From a bacterium (GTDB lineage: Bacteria > Krumholzibacteriota > Krumholzibacteriia > G020349025), in assembly GCA_031362565.1 (NCBI GenBank), contig JANLSU010000070.1:32001-96000 (forward strand): 64,000 bases of DNA. The letters run 5' to 3'. The notes below the pieces were generated by a model, which was given only the letters and a program-made list of their open reading frames with translations, did no database searches and was not told the origin of the DNA. Below, one piece after another: positions 30,742 through 39,601 of the stretch; the first letter of the stretch is position 1; every line of letters starts with the position of its first letter. Made by a program: the position numbers and the translations under genes.

Positions 30742-31728
30742 TCAGTGACTCCCCACCGTACCCGCGTCGCGCGGCACCCGGAGACTGACACGCACCACAT
30801 CGCCCTCGGACGACGTCCGCATGGTGTCGAGGGCCGATCCCAGGACCAGCGCATCCTTCTTCGACATGCTGCCTGATTTGACGGCGTTCTGGGCCGCGAC
30901 CCGTGCCATGTCCTTGCCGGCATCCAGCGACACGCTGGCGATCTGCGCCGCCATCGGGTTCGGCATCGCGAGCCATAACGTGGTGGCGAGATCCTCGCCG
31001 TCCTGCCGCAAGTCGAGCCGGGCGCCATTCAGGGTGCCAAGGAGCTGCATCGGTTTCTGGTATTGCTCGAGTCCGGCGCTCATGTCGAGGCCGAGAATCC
31101 GGTCGAGGTCCTGCAGTACAGAGAACAGATCGCTGCCGTCACCGGGCGCGACGTACACGAGTGAGACGGCGGCAGGATCGGTTGCCGACGGCACCAAGAG
31201 GCCTCGAACCGAGTCGTGGCCGTCGCCGGCCAGCGAGTGCGACAAGGTCGAAGTCTGCGCCAGAACCAAGTGCAGAGCGCGGCGCGGCCCTTCCGCGATG
31301 CACTCCGGTTCGATGAGCGTCAGCGCGCCCGTCGCTTTGCCCGCAGCCGGCTTGAACATTCGCCGGCCGGCCGCTGTTTCCAAGCCGTCACCGTGCAGAT
31401 GCGCGAATTCCTTGGCCAACGACGCCGCCGATTGGCTGAAGGCCACCGGCTGCACGGCGCCGGCTTCCGCCACATAGGCAACCGTGACCCGCTGCAACTT
31501 CCCACCCTGGAGGCGTGGCGACGCAAACGGCGCCATGACGGCGTCGATGCCGAGTGCCTCACGCGTCCGCGGCTGCGCCGCCGCGCGGGCGGGATCGATC
31601 TGCAAGAGCACGCGGGTATCCGCCGGAAACCAGCGCGTCAGATCGATCTCGGCCTGAACACTGGCGTTGGCGCCGAGCCCTATCGAGATCGCTGCGCCGG
31701 CTACGAATGCAAGTTGCCGCAGCTGCAC
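30742..31728 (-). CDS. secreted hypothetical protein
   Basis: GAGGAG RBS; signal peptide ending ASVQA; no family recognised. Confidence 0.6.
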   Translation of the reverse strand: MQLRQLAFVAGAAISIGLGANASVQAEIDLTRWFPADTRVLLQIDPARAAAQPRTREALGIDAVMAPFASPRLQGGKLQRVTVAYVAEAGAVQPVAFSQSAASLAKEFAHLHGDGLETAAGRRMFKPAAGKATGALTLIEPECIAEGPRRALHLVLAQTSTLSHSLAGDGHDSVRGLLVPSATDPAAVSLVYVAPGDGSDLFSVLQDLDRILGLDMSAGLEQYQKPMQLLGTLNGARLDLRQDGEDLATTLWLAMPNPMAAQIASVSLDAGKDMARVAAQNAVKSGSMSKKDALVLGSALDTMRTSSEGDVVRVSLRVPRDAGTVGSH

Positions 31729-31880
31729 CGCCCCACACTCCTCGTTCGGGTGAACCGAACTCGGACTGGGGGGCAGGCCGGTGGATCCGGCGTGCGCTCC
31801 ACGGTCAACGAGCCGATCGAGCCCACCGGAGTGTACGAACATCGGCGCCGGAGCGCCAAGGAGCGATTCCGGATCGACCG

Positions 31881-33194
31881 CTACCGGTACTGTGTCTTGA
31901 GCCCGCTCCAGCTCAGGTCACGGATGGCGGTCGAGGTAAAAGGGGATTCGAAGGCCCCGACGTCCGGCCCTCGTCCAACCACACCCCGTGGATCGGCGCC
32001 GAGCGGCGGGCTCCACTGTGAGTTGGGGCTCGGGCCCGCAGCCGGATCGGCCGCGTCGATGCATGGTGAGCCGGAAGCCAGGCGGTAGTCGCCGGCCGTC
32101 GGGTTCTGGAACTTCGGTGAACTGCCTTGCAGGCTGTTGACCAGACCGGGCACGACGCGGCCATTGCCGAGCCAATTATTGCGCCCTTCCAAACTCCCCG
32201 TTCCCGAGAACACCGTCGCGCCGCCCGCGAGCACGTTGTTGTCGAGGATGTTGCGCGCCGCGATGCTCGAAACGAGGACGTTGCGAGTCGGCTGGCCGAC
32301 GAGCGTGTTGTAGGCCATGCGCAGCGTTCCAGCGCGGCCGTCTTCGAAACGCACGAAGTGGGTTTGCTGGGCCGAGGTGGCGCTCTTGATGATCACATTG
32401 CCGAGCAACAGCGTCTCACCTTGATCGCCGGATCCATCGCCCGCCAGGCTCACCTCGTAGCCTTCGATCGCCCCATTCTCGATACGGTTGTATTGCAGCC
32501 GCAGGTTGTGGGTGCGGTCCTTGTAGCAGGTCCCGTATTGCGAGTCGTGGATCCAGTTGTGCTGGATGACGAAGTCGCTGCCACCGCTCATGTAGAAATC
32601 GTGCGCCGGGCCTTGCAGCCCGCCGTTGTGGTGCACGTTGCAGAATTGGACGGTGACCCGCGTCGCGCCGGACGCCGACATGAAGCCGTTCCAGCAGTCG
32701 GTGACTTCACATTCTTGTACGACGACGTCGGCGCAACCCACCAGGAAGAAACCGCGCGCGTTGGTCTGCGCGCCGCGCATGCCGCTGACGGTGAAATTTT
32801 CGAAGACCCACCACGCGTTGCCCTGCTCCACGTCCCACAAGGCTTTCGAGTTGGTGAGTTGGGCGCCGCTGACGATCGTCGCGCCGATCCCGGCGCCACG
32901 GACGACGATGGGCCGGCCGACTGCACCGCTGCCCAACGGCTTCAGCATGGCGGTGGGTGCGAAAGTGCCGGCGTCCAACACGATGGAGTCGCCAGGACCA
33001 TACGTATGGCCGTTGATTGCGGCATCGATCGTCGGGTAAGTGCGGCCCGGACCGACCCGCACGAGAGCGGCCTGCACGGCATGGGGTGTAGCAAGTGCGG
33101 CGACGATGAAGCAACTCGCCCACAGGCCCGCGCGGCGTGTGGCGCCATCGACACGCATTCTGAAAAACCGGCTCCGAATTGGCTGGATCTGCAT
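31881..33194 (-). CDS. secreted right-handed beta-helix (pectin lyase-like) protein with WxxxKxxYR tail
   Basis: Signal peptide; VGPGRTYPTI; parallel beta-helix repeats; DYRLASGSPCIDA...PDVGAFE; ends LSWSGLKTQYR. Confidence 0.8.
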   Translation of the reverse strand: MQIQPIRSRFFRMRVDGATRRAGLWASCFIVAALATPHAVQAALVRVGPGRTYPTIDAAINGHTYGPGDSIVLDAGTFAPTAMLKPLGSGAVGRPIVVRGAGIGATIVSGAQLTNSKALWDVEQGNAWWVFENFTVSGMRGAQTNARGFFLVGCADVVVQECEVTDCWNGFMSASGATRVTVQFCNVHHNGGLQGPAHDFYMSGGSDFVIQHNWIHDSQYGTCYKDRTHNLRLQYNRIENGAIEGYEVSLAGDGSGDQGETLLLGNVIIKSATSAQQTHFVRFEDGRAGTLRMAYNTLVGQPTRNVLVSSIAARNILDNNVLAGGATVFSGTGSLEGRNNWLGNGRVVPGLVNSLQGSSPKFQNPTAGDYRLASGSPCIDAADPAAGPSPNSQWSPPLGADPRGVVGRGPDVGAFESPFTSTAIRDLSWSGLKTQYR

Positions 33195-33386
33195 GGGTTC
33201 CGCCTCCCGTCCCATCGCGTCCGAACGCCCCCGGGCGTTCAAGTGCCGAGCGGCACCATCGCACGGACAAGCAATCTCCGGACCCGCCGCGCTCCCCCGC
33301 CCGATGTCCCGACGAGCCCACACCCGCGGCCGCACCCCAGCGCTCGCCCTTGCGGAGTGCAGTTCCGTCGTTGCGGAGCGCGCGAC

Positions 33387-34580
33387 TCAGCCGCGCGACG
33401 TGCCGCGCGCTACGGCGCGGGCGCGCTCGCGTGCCCGGCGGGCTTGGATCGGGTGGCCGAGGCGCTCGTGCAGCTGCGCCAGCGTCGCTTCGACATCCGC
33501 CGAACGCAGGCCGGTGGCGCGTACCGATTGCAGAAGTTGCACTGCTTCCCCGTCCCGGCCGGTGGCCGCGAACACGTTGCCGAGGGCGAGTTGTGCGAGC
33601 ACGTATCCAGGGTGCGCCGCGAGCGCCGCGCCGAGTTCGGCGATGGCTTGATCGAATCGCTCGTCGGCCGTGTAGAGAAGCCCGAGTTCGTAGCGCACGT
33701 CGGCGTAGCCCGGCGCGAGGCGCGAGGCGGCCTCGAACTGTTCGATGGCATTGGCGACTTGGCCACGCGCCGCGAAGAGAAATCCGAGTGCGATGCGCGC
33801 CTCGACTCTTTCCCCGTCGACCCGCACGGCGCGGCCGAGCGCCACCAATGCGGCGTGCTCTTCGCCACGCGATTCGTACTGCGTGCCGAGCGCGACCCAG
33901 TACGCGCCGAGATCGAGCGACAGCGACGCGCCCCATGCGAGCGCCCGGCGCGCCCCCACCTCATCGCCGCCGGCCAGAGCCAGATCTGCTGCGACACGTC
34001 CGACCGCATCGACGTAGGGATTCCCGTCATACGCCGCCGCCCAGGCTTGCATCGATGCCTCATCTTGCACACCGTCACGCAGGATTCCGGCCGCGTGCAG
34101 CAGCGCCGGGAAGTCGCCGTCGAGTGCGCCGATGCGCCGCAATTGCGCGGACACCGCCGCCTGGTCGGCACTCTGCACGCAAACCCAGAGCCGGTTGAGT
34201 TCACGCCATGCGACCGGCACCGGCAACGTGTCGCACGCATCAGGCGACAAGCCGGTGCCGCCAAGGCGGGCCCGGCGCACGAAGTCAATTTGGGCGCGGG
34301 CGGCATCCGGCAGCGACTGAGCGACCGCCACGGCCAAGCCCGTGCCGGAAGCGCCTTCGAACTTCGTATGCAGCCACGCGAGATTGAAGCGTGCCGTGGC
34401 GTATTGCGGATTCAAGGCCAGCGCCTGTTCGAAATCACTACGTGCACCATGTGCGTCGCCGTGATGTGCCCGCACGAGGCCGCGCAGGTTGCGCAAGTCA
34501 GCGTATGCCGGACAGGCGGTGACTCGTGCATCCAAGTGCAGCAACAACGCCTGCAAGTCACCGAAGGGGCGGGGGCTCAT
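33387..34580 (-). CDS. TPR repeat protein
   Basis: PAYADLRNLRGL...ALALNPQYATARFNLA; PGYADVRYELGLLY. Confidence 0.8.
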   Translation of the reverse strand: MSPRPFGDLQALLLHLDARVTACPAYADLRNLRGLVRAHHGDAHGARSDFEQALALNPQYATARFNLAWLHTKFEGASGTGLAVAVAQSLPDAARAQIDFVRRARLGGTGLSPDACDTLPVPVAWRELNRLWVCVQSADQAAVSAQLRRIGALDGDFPALLHAAGILRDGVQDEASMQAWAAAYDGNPYVDAVGRVAADLALAGGDEVGARRALAWGASLSLDLGAYWVALGTQYESRGEEHAALVALGRAVRVDGERVEARIALGFLFAARGQVANAIEQFEAASRLAPGYADVRYELGLLYTADERFDQAIAELGAALAAHPGYVLAQLALGNVFAATGRDGEAVQLLQSVRATGLRSADVEATLAQLHERLGHPIQARRARERARAVARGTSRG

Positions 34581-35008
34581 GACTCCATCCCAATCTTCTC
34601 GTCGTCGTCCGGTTTTTCGGCGGTCACGTCGACCCGCTCGGCCGCAGCAGTCGGCAGGGCATACACCCGGTTGCTGCCGGTGTCCATGCCGAGGGCCGCG
34701 CCGTTCGCAGCGCGCCACTTGCCACCGCGTTTCGCGATGTTGTCGAATTTGAAGATGACGTCGCGGACATCGCGCAAGCGACGCACGTCCCGCTCCAAGT
34801 GCCGAGCGAGCAACAGTAAGCGCTCGATGGCGCCACCTTCGACGGACGCATCGAGACGGCGGCGGGGGTCCTCCATCGTCGTCTCGAAGTGTCCGAGGAT
34901 GTAGATGACGCCGTTCGTAGTGCCGATCTGCAGGCGCGACACATCCACCCAGCGGCTCACGAGGTAGCGCCGGACTTCAGCGTTGATTCTGTAGTCTTGC
35001 GCCGACAT
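34577..35008 (-). CDS. hypothetical protein with BON-like N-terminus
   Basis: DYRINAEVRRYL...VDVSRLQIGTTNGVIYILG; ATGA overlap with the TPR gene. Confidence 0.6.
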   Translation of the reverse strand: MSAQDYRINAEVRRYLVSRWVDVSRLQIGTTNGVIYILGHFETTMEDPRRRLDASVEGGAIERLLLLARHLERDVRRLRDVRDVIFKFDNIAKRGGKWRAANGAALGMDTGSNRVYALPTAAAERVDVTAEKPDDDEKIGMES

Positions 35009-35084
35009 GCGCCTCCACGCGAGCGCCCGTGGGACGCCGCTCGGGAGTCATGCGCAAGAACTACGCCGTGGAGGCAGGCGCCGC

Positions 35085-35489
35085 CTATTCCGGACGGTAG
35101 GTGGCGCAGCAGGCGGGTGTTTCCCAAAAATCGACGGCGACGACCGGCAGATCCGCGGCGCGGGCCTGGTCGTACACGAGCCGCGCCAAATTCTCGGCGG
35201 TGGGATTGCAGTCCAGAACAACGACGGGCTCACCGAGCGCCCGCAGCGTGGCCAGCGCCGGATCGTTTTCGTGCAGGATCATCCGGTGGTCCCACGCCTC
35301 ATCCAGCCACCGGCCGAGCCGGTCCCGGAGTTCGAGAAAGTCGACGACCATGCCTTGGGCATCGAGGTCCGGCGCCTCGAGGTGCAGCACGACGCGCGCA
35401 TTGTGGCCGTGCAACTGCGCGCACTTGCCCACATAGTCGATCAAACGGTGCCCGTAGCAGAATCCGAGCTCGCGTGCGATCCGGTACAT
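35085..35489 (-). CDS. queD: 6-carboxy-5,6,7,8-tetrahydropterin synthase (QueD/PTPS)
   Basis: GHRL, CAQLHGHN, GMVVDF, WDH, NPTAENLA, WET. Confidence 0.9.
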   Translation of the reverse strand: MYRIARELGFCYGHRLIDYVGKCAQLHGHNARVVLHLEAPDLDAQGMVVDFLELRDRLGRWLDEAWDHRMILHENDPALATLRALGEPVVVLDCNPTAENLARLVYDQARAADLPVVAVDFWETPACCATYRPE

Positions 35490-35741
35490 GCCGCCTCCTC
35501 GAGCCGACAGTGTAGCAGGGGCACGCGGCCTCCAGGGCGGCACGCGCGCCCGTTGGGCGGAGCATTTTCCGGCGTGTGGAAAAAAGGCCCGCGCCCGGCA
35601 CACCTCGGTGCGGCGGCCACGGTCGAGGCAAGGCAGGGATTCGCGGCCGGCGTTTTTTCTGGCCGACCCCCTTGGGAATTCGCACCCCCGTCAGGTATGC
35701 TCCCACTCGTTGCCTTCAGCCCAATCCGGACGCGGAGAAGC

Positions 35742-37220
35742 ATGTCCGAGTCTTCATTGCCACCGCCCGACGAAGCGGTTCCGAACGACCCAGCAGCGAG
35801 CGAGACGCACGCGGAGCCGGCGCCGTCGGTGCATGCGGCCAAGCCTGCCGATCCCGCCCCGAGCGCCGCCATTGCCTTGGACGATGGCGCCACCGCGACC
35901 GCCGAAGCCGCTCCCATCGAGGAACCGTTCGTCCAGGAACTCGAAGTGCGCGCCGCGCCGGAGCCGCTGCCTGGCGTGCTCGCCGCCGGGCAGAAGGTGC
36001 GCGGCAAAATCTTGTCGGTGGGCGAGGAACACGCCATCGTCAGCTTGAGCGGCCGCCCGGATGCCATTCTCGCGACGCGTGAATTCCGCACCGCCGACGG
36101 AACGCTGTTGCTCCGCGTCGACGACTCGGTCGGAGCCGTGGTACAGACCGCCGACGTGCCCATCGTGCTGACGCTCGACAAGCGGCGCGCGATCCTGAAT
36201 GCGGCGCGTTTGCGCATCGCCCACGAAGAGAAGAAACCGGTGACCGGTGCCGTGCGGGCCCTGAACAAGGGCGGTTACGAAGTGCGGGTGGCCGGAGTGC
36301 GTTGTTTCTGTCCGCTGTCGCAGATGGACTCGGGACTCGGCGCCGACCCGCAGAGCCACGCCAACCAAACCTATGCGTTCCGCATCTTGCGTTGGGAGAA
36401 CGGCGGCCGCAGCATCATTTTATCGCGGCGCGCCATCCTCAAGGAAGAAGCGGCCGTGAAATCGACCGAGACGCGCAAGAAACTCGAAGTCGGCGCGGAA
36501 TTCGACGGCGTCGTGACCCGCGTGCAGCCGTTCGGTGCATTCGTCGATATCGGCGGGCTGGAAGGACTGTTGCATGTGTCGCGCATGGGCCGCGGCCATG
36601 TGACCGATCCGGCGGCGATCGTCGCGCCGGGCCAGCCGGTTCGCGTCAAGGTCACCAAGATCGACGACCCGGGCACACGCAAGGAACGCATCGGGCTCGC
36701 GGCCACCGATCTCGGGCCCGATCCGTGGACCGCGCTGCCGGAGACCCTGCGCGAGAACAGCGTCTTGCGCGGCCGCGTCATGCGCCTCACTGAATTCGGT
36801 GCCTTCGTCAATCTGGTGCCGGGTATCGACGGACTCGTGCATGTCTCCGAACTCGAGCGCCGCACCGAGAGCGAAGGTCCGCCGCTCGAGCCGGGACAGG
36901 AAATCGAAATCCGAGTCACGCGGGTCGATCCGGAGAAACGGCGTGTGTCGTTGTCGCTGCGGCTGGAACCGCCGCCGCCGCGCGCCGCGATGCGCGACCG
37001 CGACGGCGACGTCGCCCACGAAGTGCGGGCGCCCCGCCCGCCGCGCGACGCCGGCCGTCCGCGCCAGGACCGGGATCGAGACCGCGATCGGGATCGAGAT
37101 CGTGATCGGAACGCACGGCCAAACCGCGAGACCGCGCCCTTTGCTGACGGCGGATCGCTGACGCACAACATGGCCGACCAACTCGGCGCGCTCAAGGCCA
37201 AGCTCCGACTGCCCCAGTGA
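35742..37220 (+). CDS. multi-S1-domain RNA-binding protein (ribosomal protein S1-like)
   Basis: Four S1 repeats (NKGGYEV, QPFGAFVDIGGLEGLLHVS, EFGAFVNLVPGIDGLVHVSEL); low-complexity termini. Confidence 0.85.
   Translation: MSESSLPPPDEAVPNDPAASETHAEPAPSVHAAKPADPAPSAAIALDDGATATAEAAPIEEPFVQELEVRAAPEPLPGVLAAGQKVRGKILSVGEEHAIVSLSGRPDAILATREFRTADGTLLLRVDDSVGAVVQTADVPIVLTLDKRRAILNAARLRIAHEEKKPVTGAVRALNKGGYEVRVAGVRCFCPLSQMDSGLGADPQSHANQTYAFRILRWENGGRSIILSRRAILKEEAAVKSTETRKKLEVGAEFDGVVTRVQPFGAFVDIGGLEGLLHVSRMGRGHVTDPAAIVAPGQPVRVKVTKIDDPGTRKERIGLAATDLGPDPWTALPETLRENSVLRGRVMRLTEFGAFVNLVPGIDGLVHVSELERRTESEGPPLEPGQEIEIRVTRVDPEKRRVSLSLRLEPPPPRAAMRDRDGDVAHEVRAPRPPRDAGRPRQDRDRDRDRDRDRDRNARPNRETAPFADGGSLTHNMADQLGALKAKLRLPQ
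37068..37109 (+). repeat. hexamer repeat encoding (DR)7
   Basis: GACCGG GATCGA GACCGC GATCGG GATCGA GATCGT GATCGG. Confidence 0.8.
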
Positions 37221-37287
37221 CCCGCGGCGACCGCACCGCAATCTGCTACATTTTGCCCTTCGACGCCGCAGCCGTCCGGAGGTTCCG

Positions 37288-38253
37288 ATGGTCATTCGCA
37301 AGCTGAGCGCGCGCCAAAAAGTGATCGCGACCGCCAAGTACCTCGGCAATCGCGTTCAGGGGCGCCCGATGCTCGTAACCATCGAAATGACCAAGCACTG
37401 CAATGCCGGCTGCGACTTCTGCGATGACTGGAAGACCAAGCACAGTCCGAAACTGGGCGATGTCGTCGATATGGTGCGCCGGCTGAACCCGATGGTGCTG
37501 GCGTTCACGGGCCGCGAACCGCTGCTCGAGAACCGCTTGGCGGAGATCATCCGCGACGTCAAACAGGCGCAACGTTTTGTCTACACGTACATCGTCACCA
37601 ATGGCTCGTTGCTCACCGAGCAACGTGCCGGCGACCTGTTTGACGCCGGCCTCGACCAATTGTCCATTTCCCTCAATTACCTGGACGAACGGCAGGACAC
37701 GGAGCGCAAGATTCCGGGCCTGTGGAAGCACATCTCGACGCTCATTCCGGTGCTCGCGGCCAAGGGGCACACGGTGCTCACCAACACCGTGATCATGCGC
37801 GACAACCTCGACCAAATCGCGCCGATGGCCCAACAGACGCAGGCGTGGGGCGCGCAGGTGTCATATAGCTGCTATACCCATTTCAAGAACGGCAATCGCG
37901 GCCATTATTTTTCGCCGGCCCAGGTCGCCAGCCTGAAAGCGGTGGTGGCACGGCTCGTCGAGCACAAACGCACCGTGGGAAACATCACGAATTCCCGCTT
38001 CTATTTGGAGCGCATCGTCCCATACTTCAGCGATCCGGATGGGATTCAGGGTTGCCAAGCCGGCAATCAGTTCGTGCAATTGACGCCGGACGGCCAAGTG
38101 CGCCAGTGCGCCGATTTCGCGCCCTTCGTGCACTACACCGAGTACAAGGGAATGCGGCCGACGAACTGCACGCGATGCTGGTACGCGTGCCGCGGCGAAT
38201 CGGAAGCCTCGCTCACGCTCGGGCGCGCCGCCGAGCTCCTGCAACGGACTTAG
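37288..38253 (+). CDS. radical SAM protein with C-terminal SPASM/twitch-like Cys cluster
   Basis: CNAGCDFC, FTGREP (GGEP variant), VTNG, CQAG...PDGQVRQC...CTRCWYACR. Confidence 0.88.
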   Translation: MVIRKLSARQKVIATAKYLGNRVQGRPMLVTIEMTKHCNAGCDFCDDWKTKHSPKLGDVVDMVRRLNPMVLAFTGREPLLENRLAEIIRDVKQAQRFVYTYIVTNGSLLTEQRAGDLFDAGLDQLSISLNYLDERQDTERKIPGLWKHISTLIPVLAAKGHTVLTNTVIMRDNLDQIAPMAQQTQAWGAQVSYSCYTHFKNGNRGHYFSPAQVASLKAVVARLVEHKRTVGNITNSRFYLERIVPYFSDPDGIQGCQAGNQFVQLTPDGQVRQCADFAPFVHYTEYKGMRPTNCTRCWYACRGESEASLTLGRAAELLQRT

Positions 38254-38266
38254 GAAGGCGCCGCGC

Positions 38267-39601
38267 GTGCGAATCCCCGTCGCGATCCTGATCGGCGCTT
38301 TGGCGCTGGCGCCGTCTGCAGGCGAGGCACAGACTGCCGCGCCTCCCACGGCAGCGGTTGCGAAAGATTCCATTCCCCAGCGCGTCGAGCCGGGCCTTGC
38401 AGATCGCGCCCGGCGCTACGCGCGGCCGACGCACGAGAAGATCGCGCTCTTGCCGGCACACCTGCTGCGCCTGCCCTTCAAGATCGTCAACTACCCGCTC
38501 GAGCACTATCTGATTCACAAGGAACCCGGCCCGGTAACGGTGTACGCCGGCCGGTTCGTGACGAAAATCGGTACGCACGGTGTCGACGTGCGTCTGCAGG
38601 GTCAAGGCTCGGGCTCGGGAGTCGGCGCGCTGGTCGCGTACCAGTTCCCGGGCCGATGGACCGCCAGCGTGCCGCTCCGAATCTCGGGAGCGACGACGGT
38701 GCGCGGCTACGACCAGATTGCGATCGGCCTCGACTCGCTGCACATCGGCACCGCATTGGGCGCCGTGCGCCTGCAATACAGCGAGCGCCCACAGGAGGAT
38801 TTCTTCGGCCTTGGCCCGCGGAGCGCCAAGACCGACCGCACGACCTACCAGCAAGACGAGTGGCTCGCGCAAGCCCAAGGATCCGTGCGGCTCGCGTCGC
38901 GCCTGCGGCTGGCCGCCGACATCGGCCTCACGCGGCATGACATCGGGCGCGGCCGCGACGCCGATTTCCCCACGGTTCTGCAGCGTTTTCCGGCCAGTTT
39001 CGCCGGCGTCCAAGGCCGGTTCGAATTCTTGGACTGGGGAGCAGGCCTCGTCTATGACTCGCGCGATGTCGCGACGTACGCGCGCCACGGCGAGTGGCTC
39101 GCGGCCCGCGTCCAACTCACCGACGGCCTGGGCGGCACGCAGAACGCTTACACCAAGTACAGCGTCGAAGCGCAGCAATTCGTGGCCCTGCCGGGCTTCC
39201 GGCGCTCGCTTGCCGGGCGTGTACGAGCCGTCGTGACGGACAACCGCGGCGGCAGCGCCGACGTGCCCCTCTTCCGGCTCGAGCGCATCGGTGGCAGCCG
39301 TTCGCTGCGTGGATATCAGGGTTACCGGTTCACCGAACACGATGCGCTCATCGGCACGCTCGAATACCGGTTCCCCATCTGGAGTATCGAACCGGCCAGC
39401 GGGGTAGCGCTCGATGGGGTGGCGTTCTTCGATTTCGGCACCGCGGTTCCGGACCTGCTCGATCTGCAACAGCGCGACCTCCGAAGCGCCGCCGGCATTG
39501 GCATACGCGTCCTCAGCAAACGCGGCCTGGTGTTCAAGATCGACAACGCCTGGAGCCCCGAGGGCTATCGATTCCACTTTGGACTGCGAGGCACATTGTG
39601 A
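38267..39601 (+). CDS. Omp85 (BamA/TamA)-family outer-membrane barrel without POTRA domains
   Basis: Signal peptide; FFGLG; YDSRD; IGGSRSLRGYQGYRF; EYRFP; FFDFG; SAAGIGIR. Confidence 0.85.
   Translation: MRIPVAILIGALALAPSAGEAQTAAPPTAAVAKDSIPQRVEPGLADRARRYARPTHEKIALLPAHLLRLPFKIVNYPLEHYLIHKEPGPVTVYAGRFVTKIGTHGVDVRLQGQGSGSGVGALVAYQFPGRWTASVPLRISGATTVRGYDQIAIGLDSLHIGTALGAVRLQYSERPQEDFFGLGPRSAKTDRTTYQQDEWLAQAQGSVRLASRLRLAADIGLTRHDIGRGRDADFPTVLQRFPASFAGVQGRFEFLDWGAGLVYDSRDVATYARHGEWLAARVQLTDGLGGTQNAYTKYSVEAQQFVALPGFRRSLAGRVRAVVTDNRGGSADVPLFRLERIGGSRSLRGYQGYRFTEHDALIGTLEYRFPIWSIEPASGVALDGVAFFDFGTAVPDLLDLQQRDLRSAAGIGIRVLSKRGLVFKIDNAWSPEGYRFHFGLRGTL

Noticed and set aside
35085..38253. queD plus nearby radical SAM as a 7-deazaguanine (QueE/dpd) cluster
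   Set aside because: The radical SAM protein has a SPASM-like tail and is not QueE-like; it is on the opposite strand, and no queC, folE, tgt or dpdA is present
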